Positions 1 through 10,334 of a stretch of DNA of 63,167 nt are shown here, one piece after another (within the stretch, counting starts at the first letter, position 1; every line of letters begins with the position of its first letter). The DNA is from Candidatus Aminicenantes bacterium (GTDB lineage Bacteria > Acidobacteriota > Aminicenantia > Aminicenantales > CALLJL01): the NCBI GenBank assembly GCA_026416195.1, contig JAOAFQ010000183.1:1-63167 (forward strand), written 5' to 3'. The notes below the pieces were generated by a model. The model saw only the letters and a program-made list of their open reading frames with translations, had not been told where the DNA came from and made no database searches. The translations under genes were made by a program, and so were the position numbers.

Positions 1-300
1 GTGGCTCAGCATCCCGAATGGCGAGAAAAACTTTATCAGAATGTCTATTACCTTAAATCAGGCCTAAAACAATTAGGATTAAAAATAGATGATTCCCCTA
101 TTCCTATTGTTTCTTGGACCCTCAAAACGGCTAAAGAAATGAAAAGAATTCAGCAAGAACTTCTCCATCGGGGAATTGCCATTGCCTACCTCAAATATGT
201 AGGGGCACCAGCTCGAGGTGTTCTTAGAATCTCAATTTTTTCAACTCATACCCAAGCTCATCTGGATAAACTATTAAATGAACTAAAAAATCTTCTCTAA
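1..300 (+). CDS. C-terminal fragment of a PLP-dependent alpha-oxoamine synthase family enzyme (BioF/Kbl/serine palmitoyltransferase-like), truncated by the window start
   Basis: Sequence 'SPIPIV...QELLHRGIAI...YVGAPARGVLRISIFSTHTQAHLDKLL' matches the typical C-terminus of aminotransferase class II/AONS enzymes; the ORF runs off the left edge. Confidence 0.75.
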   Translation: MAQHPEWREKLYQNVYYLKSGLKQLGLKIDDSPIPIVSWTLKTAKEMKRIQQELLHRGIAIAYLKYVGAPARGVLRISIFSTHTQAHLDKLLNELKNLL

Positions 301-349
301 GATTGTTCTTTATCTACAATTTATTCGAAGCTGACTTTTTAAAGAGCCC

Positions 350-733
350 TTAAAAATCTGAAGGGCTTTCATCTTCCGATGAGTCCTCGCTTTCCTCGCT
401 CCGTTCTTTGGCTTTTTCTGCTTCCTCGAGCGCCTGATCTATTTCTGATTCAAAATCTTCATCCAGATCCTCACCCAACTGCCGGCCCATTTTTTTCATC
501 CACTTAGCTAGGCTTCTGGGATCATTTTCATCAAGGTCCCCAAACTTGGCCGGGTCGGCTAAATTTTCAAGGCGACTTTCCTCAGACCGAAAAACAGCAA
601 CTCGAGAAACAAGCTTTTTCATTCGAGAACTACCACATCGAGCACAAATCGGTTCAATGGTCTGGGAAACAGAAAGAGTCAGAAAAGAGGAAATTTTCCC
701 GCAATCTTGGCAACGATATTCATAAATAGGCAT
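350..733 (-). CDS. FmdB-family zinc-ribbon protein with acidic C-terminal tail
   Basis: N-terminal MPIYEYRCQDCG...CARCGS...KKLVS signature (two CxxC). Confidence 0.85.
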   Translation of the reverse strand: MPIYEYRCQDCGKISSFLTLSVSQTIEPICARCGSSRMKKLVSRVAVFRSEESRLENLADPAKFGDLDENDPRSLAKWMKKMGRQLGEDLDEDFESEIDQALEEAEKAKERSEESEDSSEDESPSDF

Positions 734-746
734 ATTCAGCCTCCCT

Positions 747-1637
747 TTATATAAGAGAACCTTCTGACCAACCTAATTTAATAAGATCAATTCTTTGAGG
801 GTTGGCGATTCCAAGACGATGTCTAGTTTCAGCATATATAATGTGATGGGCTGGGGGTTGAAGCGGACGTTCTTCTCCAAAGAATTCTCTTCTTTTAGCT
901 TGAAGAATAAGAACACCAATAGAGTCAACAGCGACTGGATCTTGACTCAATAATATACCTTTATAGGGCCAAACATATTTTTCATTAAAATGATGAGGAC
1001 CGACTCCATGAAAAAGGGGCGTCAACATCAATAAAATATTTAACCTCACTTTACCTTTAATTAAGGGATTATTCCAGAGTAGAGCCAAGTCAGCACAGGT
1101 GTCAGGGTGATACGCTGAAGGATCAGGAGCAAAAGTAATTAGATTTTTTAAACAGCCGCCGATTCCCGACCAATAATGAGTTCGTATTGGTCGAACGTTG
1201 ATTAAAGCCGTAGCTTGACGAAAAATTTTGTTTCTCAAAACGCCTCGATCATCAACACCAATTCTTTCCTCGGAGACCCCGCAGCTTAAAACCCGATCTT
1301 TGATTACTTCCTCAACCTCTCTCCCTGTAGGCAGATAGCTCCAAACATTGCTTTTTATGCCGACAACATCTTCTGGCTTAATTATTTTTTTCCAAGCTTC
1401 ATCGGCATTAGGCGCTTCAAGGAGCACTTTCAGAGCCTCATCCAGCATTTCTCGGAATATTTGGGGCTTAACCTTTCTTCTGTCATCAACCACATCAGGG
1501 TGACGGATTAAAACAACTTTTGACCTTGTTTGGTCAGTCTGGACTGGGCTTAGCCAAGGCGAATAATTTAAGGCAAAAGGAGTCATCAGAGCAAATCGAA
1601 GGAAATCACGCCTTGAAATTCCTTTTTGCTCCCTCAT
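747..1637 (-). CDS. DUF362-domain protein with Tat signal peptide (putative exported Fe-S protein)
   Basis: Twin-arginine SRRDFL motif; VGIKSN, INVRPIRTH...GGCLKN and SQDPVAVD motifs typical of DUF362. Confidence 0.8.
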   Translation of the reverse strand: MREQKGISRRDFLRFALMTPFALNYSPWLSPVQTDQTRSKVVLIRHPDVVDDRRKVKPQIFREMLDEALKVLLEAPNADEAWKKIIKPEDVVGIKSNVWSYLPTGREVEEVIKDRVLSCGVSEERIGVDDRGVLRNKIFRQATALINVRPIRTHYWSGIGGCLKNLITFAPDPSAYHPDTCADLALLWNNPLIKGKVRLNILLMLTPLFHGVGPHHFNEKYVWPYKGILLSQDPVAVDSIGVLILQAKRREFFGEERPLQPPAHHIIYAETRHRLGIANPQRIDLIKLGWSEGSLI

Positions 1638-1642
1638 TTTTC

Positions 1643-2635
1643 TTAACTCCTTTGGTTTTTCTTTTCTTTTATTTTTATTAAAACATCCTTAAATATTTCC
1701 TCAATTTCTTCAGAGGAAGAAGCGGCAAAAACAAGCAGACCAATATTTTGATAGACTCTAGCTCCTTCCCATAAACCATTTTCAGTTCTCGCTGTACCAG
1801 ACTCCTTAGCTTCAGGAAGATAATTATCTAAGAATTTCTTGATCGCTCTCTGAGCCCTAGCTTCGTCGGGATATTCAATTAAAAGAAGATAGGTTTTTCT
1901 TTTATTCTCCGCCAAACGATGAGCTAAAAGAGCTTGGGTCGTTTCATCCAACTCAAGCCAGTTTTCGGTAGAAACAAAGAAATGATAATTAAGAATAGGC
2001 AGAGTCCGAAAATAACGAGCCTGGCTCTTTTCCCAGTTTGAAGGTAAATAATCAAGAATGTGAGGTCGCTGACCTTCTTCGGGAATAGCTTTAGCTATTT
2101 TTTCGCCCAAGGCCAGTATAATTTTCTTAGTTGTCTCGGTTTCAGCTTCAGAATAGATGGAAACATAAAATCTACCTTTCCAAAAAGCGAGCCAACCGCC
2201 TTTATAAAGGCCGTCCTGACCGATGGGAACTCGATCACCTTCTAGATCATGAGTAAAAACCCCAAAAGCATTTTCACTTCGGCCCATATCAAAGAAATCT
2301 ACAATAATCGGGGGAAAATTCTCCTTTTCATATCGTCGCACTAATAGCCAACGAAAATTATAAGATCGATAAACTTCACCTGCTCCGTCAATGTAAGAAA
2401 AGATAGTCTCCGGATCGTAAAGGTTATCTTCTTCGCTGGCTTTCCAACCTTCAATTGAGGACGGTAAAAAAGCGCCCAATTTTTCAATAATTTCTTTTTT
2501 AGCTTCAAGTATTTTCTTGCAATTCACTTTGGCCTCCAGCCCGTAATTAAAAAGGACACATTGTGCAAATAAGATAGGAAAAAATATTTTCGACAACAAG
2601 GCCTTTCTTGTTGGGTAAATCATTTTTTTAAGCAT
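1643..2635 (-). CDS. Exported hypothetical protein, DUF6599-like
   Basis: N-terminal hydrophobic segment; YIDGAGEVYRSY, DFFDMG...AFGVF and FWKGRFYV motifs; directly upstream of the DUF362 gene. Confidence 0.65.
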   Translation of the reverse strand: MLKKMIYPTRKALLSKIFFPILFAQCVLFNYGLEAKVNCKKILEAKKEIIEKLGAFLPSSIEGWKASEEDNLYDPETIFSYIDGAGEVYRSYNFRWLLVRRYEKENFPPIIVDFFDMGRSENAFGVFTHDLEGDRVPIGQDGLYKGGWLAFWKGRFYVSIYSEAETETTKKIILALGEKIAKAIPEEGQRPHILDYLPSNWEKSQARYFRTLPILNYHFFVSTENWLELDETTQALLAHRLAENKRKTYLLLIEYPDEARAQRAIKKFLDNYLPEAKESGTARTENGLWEGARVYQNIGLLVFAASSSEEIEEIFKDVLIKIKEKKNQRS

Positions 2636-2771
2636 CGCCTCTCCTCTTTTGCTTTCCCTAATTTTGCTTCTTTCCCTTGTTGTTGATCTTACTTAACCCC
2701 ATGATCTAATTTTTGTTAATCCATTATCAATAATATAAAAAAGCTACTCCTAAATCTATTTTTAATAATAA

Positions 2772-4661
2772 TTAATTCAGTCTTTCAATGGCGGCTACTT
2801 GCTCATTAATCGAACGAATTAAAGAAGGAGAAAATTTTGGTTGGCGATTAAAATTGCAGAGACCATTAACTTCTTGTTCAATATCATAAAGCTGGGTATA
2901 ACAAAACCCTGCAATTTTAGGATTATTAATAAGAACCTCAGTCAGTCGCCGATATCTTTCAAGGAATTCATTGGCCGATTTGGGTCGAGCCCCATAACCC
3001 CAACCTTTTTCATCTTGCTGTCCAGGATTCCACCAAATGCCGCCATATTCACTGACAAAATAAGGTTGTCCTTGATAGGGCTGATGCCTTTTTGGGTCCC
3101 CATTGACGAAGACTTTGGGCGGATTCTCCAAAAGGCCAGCGAATGCTTGAGCAAACGTTTCAATATTTTGGTCGTAATTGTGAGCATCATAAACATCCGG
3201 TTGAACTAAATGATAACCCCCAGAAGCGTCAATGACTAGCCTTGTAGGATCCAATTCTTTGGTCAAATAATAGATCTCTTCGATAAAGCCAGGATAAATT
3301 TCATCCCAACGTTCATTGAAAGGACACCAACCAATGAGAGCTGGATGATTGAAATCGCGTTCAATGGCTTCTCGCCATTCCCTCTGGAAGGTTAAAAAAT
3401 TTTCGCCCAGGCTAAGATCCAGCCCCCAATCAGGAAATTCACCCCAAACAAGGTAACCCAGTCGATCGGCCCAATAAAGGAAACGTCGCTCAAAAACTTT
3501 TTGATGAAGACGAGCTCCATTAAAACCAAAAGCTTGGGCCAATTCAATATCTCGACGGAGAGCTTCGTCGCTAGGAGCAGTGTAAATACCATCGGGATAG
3601 AACCCTTGATCCAAAACAAAACGAAGAAAAATAGGCTTCCCATTGAGGTAAATCAGATTGCCTCGGCTCTCGATGCTTCGAAAGCCAAAGTAACTTTTAA
3701 CCCGATCTATTTCTTCTTTGCCTTGAAGATAAATTATTTCGGCCTCGTAAAGATTAGGTTCCTTAATTCCCCAAAGCTTGACTTTTTCGACCTTAATGGG
3801 GACATAAGTAATTTTCTCCGCTGGTAGAGAAACTTTAAAAACTTCTTTGCCTTGAAAATGAAATCGGACAAATAACTGCCCCTTTTCTGGCGAATGATTA
3901 AAATAAACGAAAAGAGCTGCTTGCCCTCTTTCTTTCTGTGGATAAAAACGAAGCTGCTGAATAAAAGTATCAGGCACAGCTTCTAGCCAAACAGTCTGCC
4001 AAATACCAGTAGTTCTTCGGTAAAGGCAACTGTAAGATTCAAGCCGATGCGATTGTTTACCCGTCGGTTGACGGCGGCTGCGAACATCATCTCGGGCTCG
4101 GACAATAATCATATTCTCTCCAGGTTTTAGATAAGGAGTAACATCGAAAGAAAAGGGAGTATAGCCCCCTTCATGGCGACCAACTTTCTCGCCATTTATC
4201 CAGACAGTGGTGTCATAATCGCAAGCTTCAAAATGGAGAAGAATTCTTTTTTTAGCCCAAGATTCAGGTAAAGTAAACGTTCTTTTGTACCAAACGGCCG
4301 GCATAAAGTCGAGAAAACCAATCCCGGAAAGAGAGCTTTCGGGAGCAAAGGGAACGATTATTTTTCGATCAAAGCCATACCCTTGAGCTTTACCAGCTTC
4401 CTCCCCAGAATCAGAAAAATCAAAAGCGAAATCCCAATAGCCATTAAGATTAAACCAGGATTCGCGATATAACTGCGGTCGAGGATATTCTGGTCGAGGA
4501 ATATTTTCACTTAAGGCTTGACCAAGATTATTCGATCTGATGAGTTCAGATGAATTTTTTAGCGAGGAAGAAATTTGGGTATTAGCTAAAAAGGAAATAA
4601 AAAGCAAAAGATACAAAAAAATAATATTAGTTCTTGCCCTTGGAAGGGAACAAATTCTCAT
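2772..4661 (-). CDS. Glycoside hydrolase family 2 (beta-galactosidase/beta-glucuronidase-like), secreted
   Basis: PRPEYPRPQ, LNGYWDF, HEGGYTPF, GIWQTVWLE, YFGFR, acid/base PFNE and nucleophile SEYGG. The ATG at 4661 has an AGGAG RBS 7 nt upstream (ORF track starts at GTG 4667). Confidence 0.9.
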   Translation of the reverse strand: MRICSLPRARTNIIFLYLLLFISFLANTQISSSLKNSSELIRSNNLGQALSENIPRPEYPRPQLYRESWFNLNGYWDFAFDFSDSGEEAGKAQGYGFDRKIIVPFAPESSLSGIGFLDFMPAVWYKRTFTLPESWAKKRILLHFEACDYDTTVWINGEKVGRHEGGYTPFSFDVTPYLKPGENMIIVRARDDVRSRRQPTGKQSHRLESYSCLYRRTTGIWQTVWLEAVPDTFIQQLRFYPQKERGQAALFVYFNHSPEKGQLFVRFHFQGKEVFKVSLPAEKITYVPIKVEKVKLWGIKEPNLYEAEIIYLQGKEEIDRVKSYFGFRSIESRGNLIYLNGKPIFLRFVLDQGFYPDGIYTAPSDEALRRDIELAQAFGFNGARLHQKVFERRFLYWADRLGYLVWGEFPDWGLDLSLGENFLTFQREWREAIERDFNHPALIGWCPFNERWDEIYPGFIEEIYYLTKELDPTRLVIDASGGYHLVQPDVYDAHNYDQNIETFAQAFAGLLENPPKVFVNGDPKRHQPYQGQPYFVSEYGGIWWNPGQQDEKGWGYGARPKSANEFLERYRRLTEVLINNPKIAGFCYTQLYDIEQEVNGLCNFNRQPKFSPSLIRSINEQVAAIERLN

Positions 4662-4856
4662 CGTCACTCTCCTTTTTTTCGTTGGAGAAATTATACTTAA
4701 GAGCTGGGCGAAGGAGCAAATTGAATTGCCCCAATTTTAAATTAACGACCTTCTTTACATCTTCTCATTTTTCAATTTAAAATCAGGAAAGCTTTAAACA
4801 AGAAAATTTTTTTTAAAGGCATATAAAACTTTTATGAATTTTAAAAGGAGGTTTTA

Positions 4857-6995
4857 ATGGGCAGTTCGCCAATCATTTGGAAGACAGCTCGCTTCATTCT
4901 TCCGTTTCTTTTGTTTTTACCTTTTATTTTAACTTGGTCATCCCCAGTTCTAGCTTCATCTAAGGTACCCATTAAGTTTGATTCTTTTCATGGTTATAGC
5001 GGTACTGTCGATTACCTAAAAGCGGTGAGTCGGGCTTATCCTAATTTGACAGAGCTTATCGAGATCGGTCGAAGTTCTCTTGGACGACCTATATATGTTT
5101 TGGTTCTGACCAACATGAAAACTGGTGTTGCCCTTGACACTCTTATTCCTCTTCGGAACAGCCGAAATGAAGTTAAAAATGTTCCTCCGATGAAGCGGCA
5201 TCAGGGAAAACCAGGTCAATGGATCTGTGGCGCCACGCATGGTAATGAATTCACTGGAACTGAAGTTTGCCTGTATATTATTGATAAGCTTCTCACTGGC
5301 TACGAAAACGACCTAGAGATCCGTCGCCTTCTTGATGAGAAAGTTTTTTATATTTGCCCTATCGTGAATCCAGACGGTGTTTACAATAGTGTCGAAGCTG
5401 GCCTATCACAACGCGGTAATGTCATGCTCCGTGATGACGATGGTGATGGGCGAATAAATGAAGATGGGCCGGACGATCTAAATCGAGATGGCTTCATTAC
5501 CCAATTCAGATATAAAGATCCCAAAGGTGAATTCGTTATTGATGAGGTCGATTCTCGGTTAATGGTTCGTCTTCAACCAGGAGAAAAAACAAATAAAGAG
5601 CGTTATTCGGTTATCCTCGAGGATATCGACAATGATAAGGATGGAAAAAGAGGCGAAGACCCGGCCAGCGGTATTGATCTCAATCGTAATTTCCCTGAAG
5701 GTTGGTTCCGAGCTGATGGTTTCCCTGGCGGTCAGGGAGATTACCCAACTTCAGCGCCCGAAGTGCAAGCTTTAGCTGAATTCTTCACCAATTATCGCAA
5801 TATTCTGATGGCCCAATTTTTTCATACTTCTGGAGGCTTCACCTACCGACCGATGGGCTCTTCACCTGATACCGCTGTTCATCGAAAGGATGCTGCTGTC
5901 TACGATTTCATCCTAGGAAAAAAATATCTAGAAATTATTGGCGAGCCAATTCCTGAGGCATGGCAGCAACCGGAAGAGATGGAAAAATTTAAAGCAGCTC
6001 TTCGAGGGCGAACGCGAAACCGCTATGCCCTTGAGCGCGGCTATGAATTTCCTCGCGGTTGGCGAGTTTCCTATAATGAAAATGAAGACCGTCCCTATGG
6101 CTACGGTCTTCAAGCCGATTGGATTTATCGGCAATATGGAGCCTATAGCGTCACCACTGAACTTTGGAATCCCCTTAAGGATATTCCAGGTTTCCCTGAA
6201 CTTAAAGAAGATACTCCGCGGAGCGAAATCCAACGGGCTCTGCTTCGTTATCAAGATGAAAAATATGGAGGTAAGCTCTTTCTTTCCTGGAAGAAATTCC
6301 GTCATCCTGAGCTTGGTGAGGGTGAAATTGGTGGTTGGTTACCAGCTTATTCAGGGAACAATGCTTATCCTGGTGAACCTCTTCTTAATGTCTGCGAAAA
6401 ACATTGGCAATTTGAACTTTTCCGAGCTAAGTTGCTGCCTGAAATAGTCATTTCTGAAGTAAAAACAAAATTCTTATATCAAGCTGACAGTTCCTTGTCG
6501 GCTACTGTTAACCAGGAAATTGATCAGGCTATTATTAAAAAAGGCCAGCCCAAAGGAAAGTATTCGATAGTTGAAATCAAAGCCATAATTGAAAACAAAG
6601 GCGAATTACCCACCCATGTGGCTCGAGGAGCAAGCCTAGCCCTTAACCGAGAAGATATTGTCTGGCTCTTAGGGGATCGAGATAAGATAAAATTTTTAAT
6701 TGGTTCTCCCTGGCAAAGACTAGGTGTTTTGGAAGGTCAGCTTAAAATCCCAGTTGGTTTAGCTCAAGAAGAATCAACCTCAAGAGAGTCTCTATCTTCG
6801 GGTCAACCCACCCTTTCCTCACAAATCAGACTAAGGTCTGAAACTCAACCGACCGAAAGTCAAACCGTAAAAATCCTTTCGCCTTCGGCGCGCGAAGTTA
6901 CTTGGGTAATCTCCATTGAAGGTCAAACCACGCTTAAAATTGTGGCAAGTTCGCAAAAAGGTGGAACTAAAGTCAAGGAAGTTATTTTGGAATAG
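4857..6995 (+). CDS. Secreted M14 zinc carboxypeptidase-like protein
   Basis: Signal peptide; HGNE Zn motif, NPDG, DLNRNF, FFHT, catalytic TELW; DxDGDG Ca-binding loops; AGGAGG RBS. Confidence 0.9.
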   Translation: MGSSPIIWKTARFILPFLLFLPFILTWSSPVLASSKVPIKFDSFHGYSGTVDYLKAVSRAYPNLTELIEIGRSSLGRPIYVLVLTNMKTGVALDTLIPLRNSRNEVKNVPPMKRHQGKPGQWICGATHGNEFTGTEVCLYIIDKLLTGYENDLEIRRLLDEKVFYICPIVNPDGVYNSVEAGLSQRGNVMLRDDDGDGRINEDGPDDLNRDGFITQFRYKDPKGEFVIDEVDSRLMVRLQPGEKTNKERYSVILEDIDNDKDGKRGEDPASGIDLNRNFPEGWFRADGFPGGQGDYPTSAPEVQALAEFFTNYRNILMAQFFHTSGGFTYRPMGSSPDTAVHRKDAAVYDFILGKKYLEIIGEPIPEAWQQPEEMEKFKAALRGRTRNRYALERGYEFPRGWRVSYNENEDRPYGYGLQADWIYRQYGAYSVTTELWNPLKDIPGFPELKEDTPRSEIQRALLRYQDEKYGGKLFLSWKKFRHPELGEGEIGGWLPAYSGNNAYPGEPLLNVCEKHWQFELFRAKLLPEIVISEVKTKFLYQADSSLSATVNQEIDQAIIKKGQPKGKYSIVEIKAIIENKGELPTHVARGASLALNREDIVWLLGDRDKIKFLIGSPWQRLGVLEGQLKIPVGLAQEESTSRESLSSGQPTLSSQIRLRSETQPTESQTVKILSPSAREVTWVISIEGQTTLKIVASSQKGGTKVKEVILE

Positions 6996-7006
6996 GAGAG
7001 CAAAAA

Positions 7007-8866
7007 ATGAAAATTAAAATAATAATGATTAGCATCTTTATTTTAACTTTTCTTTTTTCCTCTGAGGGACAGAAAAAGTTACAAACCAGTCCTGGTGGCT
7101 ATCATGGTGAACTTGATTTTCCCATCAGTTGGAAACGCTACTATAGCTACGCTGAATGGACAAAGATTATGCACGATTTAGCCCGTCAATATTCCCATTT
7201 GGCTGATATTCAAAGCCTAGGGAAGAGCCGGATGGGCCGAGAGATGTACCTTCTGACTATAACCAACAAATCTATAGGTAAAGCTGAAGATAAGCCGGCC
7301 ATGTGGGTGGATGGAGCTATTCATGGGAATGAAGTTAATGGAATTACTTGTTCCCTTTATCTCGCCTGGTATCTTCTGACTCGTTATGATTATGATCCCT
7401 ATGTTAACCATTTAGTCAACCATTATACTTTTTATGTCCTCCCTGGCCTAAATGTCGATGCCAATGATTCCTATGTTACCTGGCCGAACACCGCTAATAA
7501 TCCCCGAGAGCCTTACCGTCCAGAAGATGATGATGGTGATGGTCTTTATGACGAAGACCAAACCGAAGACGTTGATGGCGATGGTGAACTTTCTATGATG
7601 TATATTGAAGATCCTAAGGGAGATTTTAAATTTTCCTCCGATGGTCGTCGCTTCATCCGGATTTCTGATCCTAATGACCCAGCTCGACGCTTTCGATTGC
7701 TTGGCCCAGAAGGCTTTGACAATGATGGAGATGGCCGCCTCAATGAAGATGATTTGGGAGGACCTGATCCCAATCGAAATTTTCCAGCCGATTGGAATCT
7801 ACCCCAAGGTCATCCCTATCCTCTCTCTGAACCTGAAACTAGGAATGTTTATGAATTTTGGCTAAAACATCCAAATATCTTTGCTAGTTTCCATTATCAT
7901 AATATTGGTCGATTGATCATGTTTACTACACCACCTAGATTGCAACTTTCCCTTACACCTGAACAACGTCAGCAAAGACAACAGCAATTTGAACAGCGCT
8001 TGGCCGAGTTAAGGCAAACCAATAAATATGCTCAGCTTTTTGATATTGAAGTTCCTCCAGAATATCAAGAAGACCTTCGGGTCCAAACCGAAATCGTTAC
8101 GATGGGCGCTCGAATTCTTAAAAATTATCGACCCACACCTTCAGGCCGAGTAGGTCAAGCTCAGGCCGCTTCCTATGAAATGGTTGGGCGCTACGCCTAT
8201 CTCATTGAACTGTGGGGAACACCTGACTTTGACGCTGACGAGAACGGTGATGGTCGAGTTTCCGATGAAGAATTTCTCAAGTGGATCGATATTGACTTAA
8301 CCGGAGAAGGTTGGATTAATCCTCATAAAGTCAAACATCCTGATTATGGAGAAATTTGGATTGGTGGAACTGCCAAAAAGCACATCACTCGAACGCCTCC
8401 GGCCCGATATATGGAAGAGGAAGCTCTCCGAAATACCCACTTTGTTCTTTATTGCGTCAGTCAATTCCCGAAGGTTGAGATCAGTGAGGTCAAAATTACG
8501 CCTTTGACCTCTGATCTTTTCTGGATTGATGTAACTGTCAAAAATGACCGGGCCTATCCGACCTCTTCTGATAGAGCTGTTCAATTAGGAAAGGCCACAC
8601 TGGATAAATTGATCTTCAATTCATCGGCTGGCATCTCTTTAATAGAATTGCCTGCAGCTCAATCAGCTCTCGACTTAATCAATCGAACTTCTTTTGCTCC
8701 CGTTGCACCTGGGAAAGAAATCGAATTCCGCCTTAAAGGCCATGACGCTCGAACTTTCAGATATTTAATCAAGATGACCACTCCTGAAGGCTGGGTCGAA
8801 TTTAAAGTGATTTCAAAAAATGGAGGCCAAGATTCCAAACGCCTTACGATTAAAGCCAGTAGTTAA
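7007..8866 (+). CDS. Secreted M14 zinc carboxypeptidase-like protein (paralog of the upstream gene)
   Basis: Signal peptide; HGNE, PNRNF, HYHN, IELW; several DxDGDG loops; AGGAG RBS 11 bp after the previous stop. Confidence 0.9.
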   Translation: MKIKIIMISIFILTFLFSSEGQKKLQTSPGGYHGELDFPISWKRYYSYAEWTKIMHDLARQYSHLADIQSLGKSRMGREMYLLTITNKSIGKAEDKPAMWVDGAIHGNEVNGITCSLYLAWYLLTRYDYDPYVNHLVNHYTFYVLPGLNVDANDSYVTWPNTANNPREPYRPEDDDGDGLYDEDQTEDVDGDGELSMMYIEDPKGDFKFSSDGRRFIRISDPNDPARRFRLLGPEGFDNDGDGRLNEDDLGGPDPNRNFPADWNLPQGHPYPLSEPETRNVYEFWLKHPNIFASFHYHNIGRLIMFTTPPRLQLSLTPEQRQQRQQQFEQRLAELRQTNKYAQLFDIEVPPEYQEDLRVQTEIVTMGARILKNYRPTPSGRVGQAQAASYEMVGRYAYLIELWGTPDFDADENGDGRVSDEEFLKWIDIDLTGEGWINPHKVKHPDYGEIWIGGTAKKHITRTPPARYMEEEALRNTHFVLYCVSQFPKVEISEVKITPLTSDLFWIDVTVKNDRAYPTSSDRAVQLGKATLDKLIFNSSAGISLIELPAAQSALDLINRTSFAPVAPGKEIEFRLKGHDARTFRYLIKMTTPEGWVEFKVISKNGGQDSKRLTIKASS

Positions 8867-8875
8867 GCCATTTAG

Positions 8876-8899
8876 ACTGAATTCTGACCAAAATTCAGT
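8876..8899. terminator. Hairpin between convergent genes, possible bidirectional terminator
   Basis: actgaatt-N8-aattcagt perfect 8-bp inverted repeat in a 36-bp convergent gap; AT-rich, so weak. Confidence 0.35.
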
Positions 8900-8902
8900 A
8901 AT

Positions 8903-10183
8903 TCAGTATTCCCCAAAACGAGGGTTGACCACATTACTAAAAATTGAACCAAAGCTGTAATTTAGAGTCACAGAGAGAGAATATTCATAACTCGTCTCCA
9001 ATTGAGTCCGTCGCAGAAGAACCTCTTCCAATGTAGCTTCGCCTCGCCTAAGAGAAAGCTGATCGCGGACTCGATCATAATAGCCATTAAGACCTACAGC
9101 CAAGCCTTTAAACAAGCGCAGATAAAGGCGACTTGAAAGCCTTAATCGGTTCTTGCTGAAATCATGAAAATAATGGGATCCCCGGATACTAGCCTCCCAG
9201 GAACCCCAAGGTTCTTTTAACTCTAAAGTGGCGGTCAGAGATTGACTCCATAAATTTTCAGCTGTTTTAAAATAAATCGTCTCCTCTCGATAACTAACAG
9301 CATTAAAGCCAATTCGATAGAGAAAACGAAGTTCACGACGGGTAGATTCAGAATAGGGAAAGACATTATATTCGATAGCTGGCGCGGGATTAAGGCTAAA
9401 TTTAATATTATTATAAACCGAGGAAGACATATTTAAATAACCACCAACTGACCAATGGTCACTTAGGCTTTTAACCACAAGGCCTGAAAAACTTTCCGAT
9501 TCGGTTGAACTTATTATAGTTTTATCTGAATAAAGATATCGCCGCTCTTCAAAATTAGCATTGAAACCAAGGCGGATTTTGAACTCAGGGGTAACCCGAT
9601 TGGCTGAAAGATTGGCGTTGATTGAGCTTGCTTTTCTTTTTGATTCGCCGTCAAAACGACCGCCCAAACTTAGGCCGAAAACCCAGAAATTCCAGGAATC
9701 GGTCACTATAGTTGGAGGTAAAACTTGACGAAAAGAAATAGAACATTGCTCGGCTAGAGGAGTTGGGGCTAAATAGGGCATCAAGCCCATTTTGAGAATT
9801 CGAGTATAACCAGCTCTAATTTCTTCTTCAGTCTTCGTCTTGTCAGAAACATAAGTTAAAACATTTTGACATTTCGAATGACTACCTTGACCAATAAAAG
9901 TTAAAGTATATTCCGTTCCTCCACTTCCAGTCAGCTGGGTTGTAACTAAGATGTGAACATCAGCCTCTTTTGGGTCCCGAACAAAATTTACAAATGGGAT
10001 TTCAGTTTTTATATAATTAACATCGCAGCGGATGCAATCAAGAAAAACCCGCGGGGCTTTATCCCTTAAATCCTGAAGAGACCTAGTTTCAGTTGAATTA
10101 ATAGCCAGAGCCTTCAGCTTTGGCCAGAGAAATAAAAGTATCAAAAGCCACCAAAAAAGTTGCCTATATCTTGGTTGATTCAT
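8903..10183 (-). CDS. Hypothetical outer-membrane beta-barrel protein with an N-terminal periplasmic CxxC domain
   Basis: Signal peptide; FLDCIRCD; alternating amphipathic strands in the C-terminal two thirds; ends YSFGSIFSNVVNPRFG. Confidence 0.6.
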   Translation of the reverse strand: MNQPRYRQLFWWLLILLFLWPKLKALAINSTETRSLQDLRDKAPRVFLDCIRCDVNYIKTEIPFVNFVRDPKEADVHILVTTQLTGSGGTEYTLTFIGQGSHSKCQNVLTYVSDKTKTEEEIRAGYTRILKMGLMPYLAPTPLAEQCSISFRQVLPPTIVTDSWNFWVFGLSLGGRFDGESKRKASSINANLSANRVTPEFKIRLGFNANFEERRYLYSDKTIISSTESESFSGLVVKSLSDHWSVGGYLNMSSSVYNNIKFSLNPAPAIEYNVFPYSESTRRELRFLYRIGFNAVSYREETIYFKTAENLWSQSLTATLELKEPWGSWEASIRGSHYFHDFSKNRLRLSSRLYLRLFKGLAVGLNGYYDRVRDQLSLRRGEATLEEVLLRRTQLETSYEYSLSVTLNYSFGSIFSNVVNPRFGEY

Positions 10184-10334
10184 CTCTCTTTATCACCTCG
10201 TTCCACTGCTTCAATTTTTGTCTTATTTTAAAATTTAATCTTTTTAAGATTTAAAAAATTAAAAAATTTTACCTTCTTAAAAATAAAGGCTAATAATAAA
10301 ATAATGTTTTAATTTCTGTCAAAAAATTATGAAT

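Noticed and set aside
5420-8270. Repeated gatgatggtgatgg-like DNA in the M14 genes as a possible repeat array
   Set aside because: Explained by coding for DxDGDG loops; irregular spacing, not CRISPR-like
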